Shown piece by piece: positions 34,172 to 40,916 of a stretch of DNA of 43,209 bases. Made by a program: the position numbers and the translations under genes. The first letter of the stretch is position 1; each line of letters opens with the position of its first letter. The stretch comes from a virus: IMG/VR virus record IMGVR_UViG_3300045988_076668, positions 1 through 43,209 of that record. One strand, written 5' to 3'. The notes under the pieces are model-generated. The model saw nothing but the letters and a program-made list of their open reading frames with translations. It was not told the origin of the DNA and ran no database searches.

Positions 34172-34505
34172 ATAGCGCCTCCAATCTCTCCATCACCTTC
34201 TGCTCGGCCTCGCCCGTCATGGAAGCGCCGCAGTTGTGGCAATAGTTATAACCAAAAATGGATTTCGCATGACACTCACTGCACTCGTCATAGCCCTCAT
34301 GCTTAATCCATCTCCCATGCCGCACCTTCTCCACCTGCTCCCGGCTGACGGAGCGGAGGGCGGAGAGGGCAATCTCAGCCATCTCTTTTCTCCTACGGTA
34401 TAGAATGTCGTTCTCTCCCGGATTACTACCAAATCCGCTATCAAGCACCACTCGCGCCGCTGTGAGCTGTTTTTCAAAAAGGGTAATCGCTTCTTCCCGT
34501 GTCAT
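34158..34505 (-). CDS. Hypothetical protein (115 aa) with a C-terminal Zn ribbon
   Basis: Track ORF. Contains CSECH...CHNCG. Confidence 0.55.
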   Translation of the reverse strand: MTREEAITLFEKQLTAARVVLDSGFGSNPGENDILYRRRKEMAEIALSALRSVSREQVEKVRHGRWIKHEGYDECSECHAKSIFGYNYCHNCGASMTGEAEQKVMERLEALYEST

Positions 34506-34507
34506 TT

Positions 34508-34702
34508 TTATACGACCTTTCTCTTTCGTTCATTAGCAATATACTGACACCCACAATTAGGGCAATCAAAGGCATCGTATAAGGTAGGCTCCATTTTATT
34601 AGAAGCTATAAGAAACAGTTCTGTTTTTTCACGGGCAATATAATGTCGCTCCTTAGTTAGTTCAAATACATGCCCGCATACTTTGCACGTTATTTCACTC
34701 AA
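34508..34702 (-). CDS. Small Zn-ribbon protein (64 aa)
   Basis: Track ORF. Contains CKVCG...CPNCG. Confidence 0.55.
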   Translation of the reverse strand: MSEITCKVCGHVFELTKERHYIAREKTELFLIASNKMEPTLYDAFDCPNCGCQYIANERKRKVV

Positions 34703-35127
34703 TTTGTCTTTTCTCCTCTCTCGGGTGGCCTAAATATCACAACCATGCTCGGAAACGGTGCATTCCATTTTGCGCCGCCAAATTTTAGGCGGCCAGCCAC
34801 AAACCGGATATCTGCCTGGTGATAGATGTACCGGTGAAACCACTGCGTATCCGTTCTGGCTGGCAGCAGCATCACAACCGTAGCACCATCTGCGGCGCTG
34901 GCAGCCGCTTTTTCAACCCATTTCCCGATCTGACGGCCATAGGGAGGGTTGCACCACACGACACCGGTCCAGGGCTGAGACAATCCGTCTTGCTCTGGGG
35001 TATAGTAGCTTTCACACTTCGCGTTCCAAGGCAGAGCGCATGCGTCCAGGGTAAAACAAAACTCTGTATTGAGTTGGTCAAAAAATGCTTGGGGTGTTTC
35101 CCAGAGATCCGTTGTGCTGGTGAACAT
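34699..35127 (-). CDS. DNA methyltransferase, phage Dam-like N6-adenine (or N4-cytosine) type (142 aa)
   Basis: Track ORF 34699..35241. ATG 35127 preferred (MFTSTTDLWETPQAFFDQL...). Catalytic motif VVWCNPPYG. The SD is poor, possibly because of the adjacent HNH insertion. Confidence 0.78.
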   Translation of the reverse strand: MFTSTTDLWETPQAFFDQLNTEFCFTLDACALPWNAKCESYYTPEQDGLSQPWTGVVWCNPPYGRQIGKWVEKAAASAADGATVVMLLPARTDTQWFHRYIYHQADIRFVAGRLKFGGAKWNAPFPSMVVIFRPPERGEKTN

Positions 35128-35141
35128 TCCTTTTGTGATAC

Positions 35142-35774
35142 TCAATCCTTCCCCCCCAGCGTCGCCAATCCCCCGCCGCAAGCTGCGTAGCGCCATTCGT
35201 ACCCGGCTGTTCTTTTCCTTCGACCTTTCAGCACTGCGCAAATATTTGATGAATCAGCCCCTATACTTTCTGCCGCGTCTTTAGTTGAACTATACTTTCT
35301 AACAACAACTCCATTCTGCAAGCACTCAACCGGAATAGACAATTTAGATGCAATTTTCTTTCTACTCTCTTTCGATAGAGACCGCCCAAGCAACTGTTTT
35401 CGCACTCGATCATATTCTGACGGATTTTTCTCAAAGTGCGCTTTCATGGATTCACTCATTTTCCTTCTTGCTTGCCCATAATTTACATTATACTTCGCCG
35501 TACACCATTCTAAATTCCTAACATTATTGTTAGATTTGTTTTCGTCTATATGGTTTATAATCGGAAAATTATTGGGATTCTCTATAAATGCCTCAGCAAC
35601 AAGCCTGTGGACAAAAAAATTTTTCCATTTCCCATCATCGTACAGCCTAACCTTTACGTAGCCTCCATGCCCTTTCTTTATCGGCTTTAACTCCTTTGTT
35701 TTCCCGCGCTTCTTCGAGAAAACTTTTCCGTCTTCGGAAACGAAGTAATCTTTCCCATAATCAATCTTTTTCAT
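35142..35774 (-). CDS. Free-standing HNH homing endonuclease (NUMOD4/HNH_3/NUMOD1-like, about 210 aa)
   Basis: Track ORF 35142..35783. Contains KIDYGKDYFVSEDGKVFS, HRLVAEAFIENPNNFPIINHIDENKSNNNVRNLEW and a C-terminal HTH-like SSTKDAAESIG. Markedly AT-rich relative to its flanks. Confidence 0.85.
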   Translation of the reverse strand: MKKIDYGKDYFVSEDGKVFSKKRGKTKELKPIKKGHGGYVKVRLYDDGKWKNFFVHRLVAEAFIENPNNFPIINHIDENKSNNNVRNLEWCTAKYNVNYGQARRKMSESMKAHFEKNPSEYDRVRKQLLGRSLSKESRKKIASKLSIPVECLQNGVVVRKYSSTKDAAESIGADSSNICAVLKGRRKRTAGYEWRYAACGGGLATLGGKD

Positions 35775-36084
35775 ATTCCCCACCTACGTCGGTTTCTCTT
35801 GTCGCTATTTCTCCTCCGCAGCAACCGTATCCGACCAAATCAATCCAGCTATCAATGTGCTCAGGGTTTACAGATGCCCGGGCAATCTTGAGCAAGGCCA
35901 TCATGGCCGCCACATCCTCCGGGTCTAACTGCACATGGACCCCAGCGGCAACACACTTCGCACTGAGGTAGGTGTGCCAAAATTCCGCAATCAAACGGAA
36001 GCTATTTTCTGGAATTCCATAATCCTGCTCCCGATCTCCACACACGCACTTCTCCGCAGCGGCGAGAATTTCTTTTCTTGTCAT
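35761..36084 (-). CDS. Hypothetical protein (107 aa), DUF6378-like motif CVCGDREQDYG
   Basis: Track ORF 35761..36138. ATG 36084 sits in an ATGA overlap with the upstream stop. Confidence 0.6.
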   Translation of the reverse strand: MTRKEILAAAEKCVCGDREQDYGIPENSFRLIAEFWHTYLSAKCVAAGVHVQLDPEDVAAMMALLKIARASVNPEHIDSWIDLVGYGCCGGEIATRETDVGGEYEKD

Positions 36085-36230
36085 GGGGTTCCCTCCTTCT
36101 TCTTCCTTGGCATTCCAAACCTCTGCGCCATATAACACTTCCTGCCACAGTAGATGTCCTTGCCTGTGGTTGAGAGAAATTTTGTTTTACACACCGGGCA
36201 GGTTTTAATCTTCCATGTCTCTCTGTCCAT
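36081..36230 (-). CDS. Small Zn-ribbon protein (49 aa)
   Basis: Track ORF 36081..36266. ATG 36230 lies 7 nt after AGGAG. Contains CPVCK...CGRKC. Confidence 0.45.
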   Translation of the reverse strand: MDRETWKIKTCPVCKTKFLSTTGKDIYCGRKCYMAQRFGMPRKKKEGTP

Positions 36231-36750
36231 TGCTCCACTCCTGATAGATCCGGCTGGCCACCACATCCCGGCTGCCCTGGTACTTTCCGTGGTATTGGCT
36301 TAAAATCTCGCCGGTGGTGGTCTGATAATAAATCTGGCAAATCTCCATGCCGGGGTACACCCGCACCGGCTGCACGCAGGTCAGTTCCAGGGTCCAGTTC
36401 CCAGAAAAACCCACATCGCCAAACCCGGCGGTCACGTGGACAAAGATGCCCAGGCGTCCAATGGAGGACCGGCCCACCAGCATGGGGACCAGGTTGTGGG
36501 TCTCGGTATATTCCATGGTTTTGGCCAGGTAGAGCCGCCCAGGGTGCAGCACCAGGCCCTCCTCTGGGATCATCAGCCGCCCCGTCCGGTTGTCCTGCTT
36601 CGGGTCCAGGACAGCCTCCTTGTAGGCCATCAGCTCGGGGGACAGCCGCAGGTTGTAGCTGTTTGGTCCCAACCGGGATTCCTCCCAATCGCTGATGATG
36701 ATGTTGCCCGCCTCCCGTTGGAGTTTGATTTCATTGCCCGTTAGAATCAT
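36205..36750 (-). CDS. dcd: dCTP deaminase (dUTPase-superfamily, 181 aa)
   Basis: Track ORF. Contains MILTGNEI, GPNSYNLRL, VGRSSIGRLGIFVHVTAGFGDVGFSGNWTLEL and GMEICQI. Confidence 0.88.
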   Translation of the reverse strand: MILTGNEIKLQREAGNIIISDWEESRLGPNSYNLRLSPELMAYKEAVLDPKQDNRTGRLMIPEEGLVLHPGRLYLAKTMEYTETHNLVPMLVGRSSIGRLGIFVHVTAGFGDVGFSGNWTLELTCVQPVRVYPGMEICQIYYQTTTGEILSQYHGKYQGSRDVVASRIYQEWSNGQRDMED

Positions 36751-36917
36751 GTTGTCTCCTCCAGTTTTATCTGTTCTGGTTTGAATGCGCTGTCTTTGAT
36801 GTCCACATAACGTACGGTCCCGTATTTCTCCAGGTCACAGGCAATCGCCTCCCGCGTTCCTTCGGGATTCTCAAGGCTGGACGGAATGGGCCGCAGCTTT
36901 ACGGTGATCTCCCACAT
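36747..36917 (-). CDS. Small acidic protein (56 aa) between the MazF-like gene and dcd
   Basis: Not in track. ATG 36917 lies 4 nt after the MazF-like stop. Its TGA overlaps the dcd ATG. Translation MWEITVKLRPIPSSLENPEGTREAIACDLEKYGTVRYVDIKDSAFKPEQIKLEETT. Confidence 0.4.
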   Translation of the reverse strand: MWEITVKLRPIPSSLENPEGTREAIACDLEKYGTVRYVDIKDSAFKPEQIKLEETT

Positions 36918-36920
36918 GGC

Positions 36921-37241
36921 TCAAAGCTCCAACAGGCGGCAGAGGGTTCCCTCTACCCGGGCCATAGCATGCCGGGAGAGATGGTCCTTTCTGCGCTGCA
37001 AGCTGCGCTCCGGCAGTGATTTGACGTGCTCCAGGACCGCCACATAGGTTTGGCCTTGGACACTCTCCACGGCGATATGGGACGCCGCCGCGTAGCGTTC
37101 CCGGGACACCAAGGGCGCCGCCACCACGCACCCGGTTTCCCGGTTGTTCTCGGCGGAAGAGAGGATCAGAACTGGTCTGCCATAGTCCTTCTTTCCGCCT
37201 CGGTATCGGTCGGTCAAGTAAATTTCGCCTTTGTGAATCAT
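36921..37241 (-). CDS. MazF/PemK-family toxin-like protein (106 aa)
   Basis: Track ORF. GEIYLTD, GRPVLILSS, VVAAPLVS and a C-terminal helix ...LSRHAMARVEGTLCRLLEL are collinear with PemK/MazF signatures. ATGA overlap with the DnaC-like stop. Confidence 0.72.
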   Translation of the reverse strand: MIHKGEIYLTDRYRGGKKDYGRPVLILSSAENNRETGCVVAAPLVSRERYAAASHIAVESVQGQTYVAVLEHVKSLPERSLQRRKDHLSRHAMARVEGTLCRLLEL

Positions 37242-38074
37242 GCCTGCCTCCTTGCTGTCCGCCAGTTCCTTGCTCTGGAACAGTCCATGTAATATCCGCC
37301 TGCCATCTCAAACAGCCTTGAGCCGATGGCTTCATCGCCCCGGAGAATCGCCTCCAGCGTGTTCTCGCTGGAAAGGATGGTGGGCTTTTTGCTGATGTAT
37401 CGCGCGTTAATCAGCTCGAATGCCAGGTGAACATCCGCCGGCCGAATTTCCCCCTTCCAGAAATCATCCAGATAGAGTAGCGGCGTATTTTTCAAGGGTT
37501 CGGTTTCTTCCCGGAAATCGTCCCGGTCATTTCCAACCGCCTTGGCCCTTCGCGCAAACTCCCGCCACGAAACATACAGGCCGGGTTTGCCGCCCTCAAC
37601 GATGGCCCGGAAAATGGTGGTGCATAACGTCGTTTTCCCGCAGCCCGGGGTCCCGCAGATGATGAACCAGGAGGGATCTCCCGCCGCGATTTGCTGTACG
37701 TAGTCTTGCGCCATGGCAAGTGCTCTCCTCTGCCAGTTCTCCGGCGTTTTCCAGTTCTCCCAGGTGCAAGCCGCCAAGGCATCCGGCGGGATTCCGCTGC
37801 GGTCCATGGCCCCCATGGCGTCACGGATGCTCTGGCATTTGCATCGCTGAAACCGCAGCGCCCCATTTTCCTCCACTGTCATGTATCCGCCCCGGTCATG
37901 GCACGCGGGGCAATGATAGCCTTTCAGCGTCCCGGGGGTCGCGTTGAAAAGTTCCGCCCGTTTCCGCTGTGCTGCGAAGAAATCAAAATGGCTCGTCGTC
38001 CCAGCATCCGTCAGTCGCGGAGGGGAGTTTGTCGATGATTGGGCCCTTGTTGGGAAGTCTTGCAAATGGATCAT
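37238..38074 (-). CDS. DnaC/IstB-like helicase-loader ATPase (278 aa)
   Basis: Track ORF. Walker A GTPGCGKTT, Walker B LLYLDDF, N-terminal CPACHDRGG...CKC Zn motif. The start may instead be TTG 38065, 8 nt after AAGGAGG. Confidence 0.8.
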   Translation of the reverse strand: MIHLQDFPTRAQSSTNSPPRLTDAGTTSHFDFFAAQRKRAELFNATPGTLKGYHCPACHDRGGYMTVEENGALRFQRCKCQSIRDAMGAMDRSGIPPDALAACTWENWKTPENWQRRALAMAQDYVQQIAAGDPSWFIICGTPGCGKTTLCTTIFRAIVEGGKPGLYVSWREFARRAKAVGNDRDDFREETEPLKNTPLLYLDDFWKGEIRPADVHLAFELINARYISKKPTILSSENTLEAILRGDEAIGSRLFEMAGGYYMDCSRARNWRTARRQA

Positions 38075-38696
38075 CCTCCTTTGCCCGCTTTTTCTTCTCG
38101 TCCTGGAGCCGAGTTACCACCCAGTTCAGAATGGCTCTGTAATCGCTCTTGTAGGTCTTCCCCGTCGCCCCTTTGTAGTTGTCCAGAATCTCGATCAAAC
38201 GCTCGGTGTCGGCGGGGCCATGAGTGTCAAGCAACTTCTGGTGCTCGGCATTGGTCATGGAAACAAACTCCGCCCATTGGACCTTGGGCTCTTGTTCGGA
38301 TTCTCCGACAGTTTTTTTCTTCTCCGTTTTCGCGCGCGCCCTTTTACGTGGGGGGGTGGGAGAGAAAGGGGGATTATAGGGGGATAGAGAGATAGGGGTT
38401 TCAGGGGAAAGAGAGGAAGGGGGAAGAAAGGGGGGAGGAGAGGGCGGGGGTGCGTTACTGTAACTGTTACTGTAACGGTTACAGTAACGCTCTCTATACT
38501 TTTTTACCCTGTCCGCAGTCTTTTTCCGGGCCGCAATCTTCTTTCGGATTGATGCCAAAGAATCTCGTTCCACTTCCCCCCAATCCTCTGCTGCCTCTTC
38601 CCCAGCGAGAAGGGCGAAAAACACCCGATCTCGCTGGATGCTGGAGAGGCTGAGAAGCAACGTCCTGTCCTCTTCCGTGAAAGAAAGTGTAATCAT
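37983..38696 (-). CDS. DnaD-like replisome organiser / replication initiator (237 aa)
   Basis: Track ORF. C-terminal ...FVSMTNAEHQKLLDTHG...YRAILNWVVTRLQDE resembles DnaD-domain phage proteins. A central Pro/Ser-rich linker is encoded by the polypurine tract. Confidence 0.62.
   Translation of the reverse strand: MITLSFTEEDRTLLLSLSSIQRDRVFFALLAGEEAAEDWGEVERDSLASIRKKIAARKKTADRVKKYRERYCNRYSNSYSNAPPPSPPPFLPPSSLSPETPISLSPYNPPFSPTPPRKRARAKTEKKKTVGESEQEPKVQWAEFVSMTNAEHQKLLDTHGPADTERLIEILDNYKGATGKTYKSDYRAILNWVVTRLQDEKKKRAKEDDPFARLPNKGPIIDKLPSATDGCWDDEPF
38350..38450. repeat. About 100-bp polypurine (plus strand) / polypyrimidine tract with many G runs
   Basis: Counted by hand: 11 pyrimidines in 101 nt. 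G runs of 3-7. Lies inside the organiser gene, adjacent to the iterons. Confidence 0.85.
38454..38488. repeat. Three tandem 11-bp palindromic iterons GTTAC(T/A)GTAAC at 12-bp spacing; candidate origin
   Basis: Copies at 38454-64, 38466-76 and 38478-88, read directly. Confidence 0.6.
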
Positions 38697-38720
38697 CTTT
38701 TGCCTTCTTCCCTGTTGAAA

Positions 38721-38918
38721 TCATAAGCGAATCCCAGAGGTATAGATCGAACCCCCGCGTTTGGATAAGAAGGCTTTCAATTCGTCCGGGGGAAAATAAA
38801 CCCGGGCGCCAATATTGATTCCTTGAATGAACTTGGCTGCTCTCAACCTGTCCAATGTGTCCACACTGATATTAAGGGCCTGAGCGGCCTCTTTCCGGGT
38901 CAACAGCAATTTTTCCAT
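38721..38918 (-). CDS. Excisionase-family (HTH_17/MerR-like) DNA-binding protein (65 aa)
   Basis: Track ORF 38721..38936. ATG 38918 lies 7 nt after GAAAGGAG. Contains LLTRKEAAQALNISVDTLDRLRAAKFIQGINIGARVYFPPDELKAFL. Confidence 0.7.
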   Translation of the reverse strand: MEKLLLTRKEAAQALNISVDTLDRLRAAKFIQGINIGARVYFPPDELKAFLSKRGGSIYTSGIRL

Positions 38919-38932
38919 TTTATGCTCCTTTC

Positions 38933-39532
38933 TCAAAACGGCAGCGGTCCGTCCCCACTGTCATTGTCCCAGGGCAAGGGCCCATCATCAGGAATGGCGG
39001 CGAAGCCGTTCGAGGGCGCTGTGGCCTTTTTCAAGGGCTTATCCGGGGGCAAGGTGTATTCCCCGTTGCGGACCCGATCTGCGCTCATGGCGCGGAAAGG
39101 ACGCACCGCCCAGCCGGTTTTCCCGTTATAGGACCATTCCTCATTCCGGAAGAGGATGCCCACCAACTTTCCCACCAGGGAAGTCTCCTCCCAGTTCCAG
39201 GTGTAGCCGGGGTTGGAGTGCTCAAAGGCGGTGGTCAAGCCTTTGAAAGAACTCTTTGTCCATTCATCGTTGTCAGTCCCATCGTCTTTGGGCAAGAACT
39301 GACGAATAACCCCCTTCCACTTTTTATCCTGCATGGTGTTGGCCTTAAACTCTTTGGAGAAGAACCCTCTCTGCTCTCCCTCCTCAATGTCGAAGAGGAC
39401 CAGCAGCTGGGGGCCATAATTGGTATCCGCAAAGGATACCTGTTTGACCCGGCAGACATAGGCGTCCAGGGGGAGTTTGGGACGGTCAGAGAACTCCTGC
39501 ACGGAATCCCAATTTTTCGGTTTTTGAATCAT
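38933..39532 (-). CDS. DUF669-like ssDNA-binding protein candidate (199 aa)
   Basis: Track ORF. Contains LPLDAYVCRVKQVSF...LLVLFDIEEGEQRGFF and an acidic SSB-like tip DNDSGDGPLPF. Adjacent to the AAA_24 ATPase. Confidence 0.68.
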   Translation of the reverse strand: MIQKPKNWDSVQEFSDRPKLPLDAYVCRVKQVSFADTNYGPQLLVLFDIEEGEQRGFFSKEFKANTMQDKKWKGVIRQFLPKDDGTDNDEWTKSSFKGLTTAFEHSNPGYTWNWEETSLVGKLVGILFRNEEWSYNGKTGWAVRPFRAMSADRVRNGEYTLPPDKPLKKATAPSNGFAAIPDDGPLPWDNDSGDGPLPF

Positions 39533-39705
39533 GGTTTTTGTTCCTCCTTGTGGTTGATTTGATTTAATTCATTTCGGATTGTATCCAGAATGCCGATTAC
39601 GGAGAAAATGACTTCTTCCTGATAATGAAGAAGTAATATGCAAGACTTTGACAGGCTGTTTAATTCTTCATTGATGTCAGCTTTGTTCTCCGGTGCTTGA
39701 ATCAT
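39529..39705 (-). CDS. Small hypothetical protein (58 aa)
   Basis: Track ORF 39529..39828. ATG 39705 sits in an ATGA overlap with the upstream stop, with GGAGGAA upstream. Confidence 0.45.
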   Translation of the reverse strand: MIQAPENKADINEELNSLSKSCILLLHYQEEVIFSVIGILDTIRNELNQINHKEEQKP

Positions 39706-39935
39706 TCGCTTTGTTCCTCCTTGGTGTAAAATATAAGGGGGCATCTGCTCCCGATGTATTTGTCTGGGTACTCGCAAATTTCCCCGTTGAGACCGCAGCT
39801 GCGGTAGTTGCGGCGGTAGTATTTGCACTGATAGCAGCTAATGTCCACGTTACCCTTAAAGTCAACGGGAAACGTCACCTCAACCATGGCGCGGGCGCGG
39901 ATATATTCCTTCACCCCACGGGAGAATTCAGCCAT
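39702..39935 (-). CDS. Cys-rich hypothetical protein (77 aa)
   Basis: Track ORF. Its ATG overlaps the ATPase stop (ATGGCTGA). Confidence 0.55.
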   Translation of the reverse strand: MAEFSRGVKEYIRARAMVEVTFPVDFKGNVDISCYQCKYYRRNYRSCGLNGEICEYPDKYIGSRCPLIFYTKEEQSE

Positions 39936-40575
39936 TGTCTGTCGCCTCCTTGGGAGATGTGGTGGGGAGCAGCCCCCAATACTCTCTAATCCGCTGATCG
40001 ACGAATTTCAGATCATTCTCAATCTCCAGGTCAAACATTTCTTCGGGCGACTTAGAAATGTCCATTCCATTGGATTGGGTGCGGAAGAAATGGCGGTCCC
40101 CTTCCACCATGCAGCGCAGACAGATTGTGACCATCCCCTCAATGCAAACCTTCTCGTCCAGCAGCTTTCCAATGGTCCGCAGCTTGGTTTCTCCAAAGTC
40201 AGAGGTGGTTTCGTGCATGAGGATATAGACAATGACATCCTCTGGAAGCTGCGCCTGAATGAACATCAGCAGCCGCCAGAAATTGTCCGCGATATCGTTG
40301 TAGAGATCGAAGGTTGAGCTGCCCGCTTTGGGGGCGGAATGGCCTTTCATGAAAGTGTTCGTCAAAAGGTACCCAGCGTCATCAATGACAGCGGTTTTGG
40401 TGGGCATCTTTTGCAGGCCAGTGGTAATGGTCTGGTAGCTGTCTGTCTTCATCTGGTATCGGAAGGTCCCGGGGAAAGGCAAGCGTTTGCCCACCACGTT
40501 AATCAAAAAGATTTCATCTGGGGCAAAGTTTTTCAGGGAACGGGACTTCCCAGACCCGCTCTTGCCATAAATCAA
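39928..40575 (-). CDS. AAA_24 / Sak4-like recombination ATPase (about 215 aa)
   Basis: Track ORF (TTG start). Walker A YGKSGSGKS, Walker B AVIDDAGYL. The start codon is uncertain (see finding). Confidence 0.8.
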   Translation of the reverse strand: MIYGKSGSGKSRSLKNFAPDEIFLINVVGKRLPFPGTFRYQMKTDSYQTITTGLQKMPTKTAVIDDAGYLLTNTFMKGHSAPKAGSSTFDLYNDIADNFWRLLMFIQAQLPEDVIVYILMHETTSDFGETKLRTIGKLLDEKVCIEGMVTICLRCMVEGDRHFFRTQSNGMDISKSPEEMFDLEIENDLKFVDQRIREYWGLLPTTSPKEATDNG

Positions 40576-40593
40576 AACTGGAATCCCGATAAG

Positions 40594-40797
40594 TCATTCC
40601 CCCTTTTCGCCGCAGTCCAGGTATTCCTGAAATAGGTCCATCTTCTCGTCCAGATAGGCGGACATGGTGAAACTGTTATATAAGAACATGTAATCCATGA
40701 AGTCATCCAGGCATGTGTCCATGATAAAGTTCCGGCATGTCCTGGCAGAAACCTCTATGACCACCTTTTTGGGGAAAAAGTTGATTCGTTCCTCCAT
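40594..40797 (-). CDS. Hypothetical protein (67 aa)
   Basis: Track ORF. ATG 40797 lies 9 nt after GGAGG. Confidence 0.5.
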   Translation of the reverse strand: MEERINFFPKKVVIEVSARTCRNFIMDTCLDDFMDYMFLYNSFTMSAYLDEKMDLFQEYLDCGEKGE

Positions 40798-40798
40798 C

Positions 40799-40826
40799 TT
40801 GACAAACCTCCAATTTTTGTTACAAT
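40799..40826 (+). promoter_or_regulatory. Plus-strand promoter TTGACA-16 nt-TACAAT with TG extension
   Basis: TTGACA at 40799-40804 and TGtTACAAT at 40818-40826. It faces against the early operon and overlaps the SD of the 40797 gene. Confidence 0.6.
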
Positions 40827-40832
40827 AAAGTT

Positions 40833-40916
40833 AAGCGGAAGAAACATAGCTTATTTTTTCAAGTATTCTCCTTTCTGAACTCTGCCGGTGCTGCAAACCG
40901 GCAGAGTTTATTTTTC
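40833..40916 (+). ncRNA. About 85-nt antisense sRNA candidate (5' stem-loop, U-rich/anti-SD single strand, intrinsic terminator)
   Basis: Bounded by the promoter above and the terminator below. Contains no ATG. See finding. Confidence 0.5.
40878..40915 (+). terminator. Rho-independent terminator oriented for the plus strand
   Basis: AACTCTGCCGGT-gctgcaa-ACCGGCAGAGTT (12-bp perfect stem) followed by TATTTTT on the plus strand. The minus strand has no U tract after the stem. Confidence 0.75.

Noticed and set aside
36002-36688. 228-aa minus-strand ORF overlapping dcd in another frame
   Set aside because: It has P/G/R-rich composition and is fully overlapped by the clearly homologous dCTP deaminase frame and the downstream small genes.
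37420-38395. Alternative-frame ORFs (for example 37492..37866, 37691..38038, 37944..38387, 38039..38395) over the DnaC-like and DnaD-like genes
   Set aside because: These are GC-rich open frames with R/P/G-rich translations. The Walker A/B-containing frame and the DnaD-like frame explain the region.
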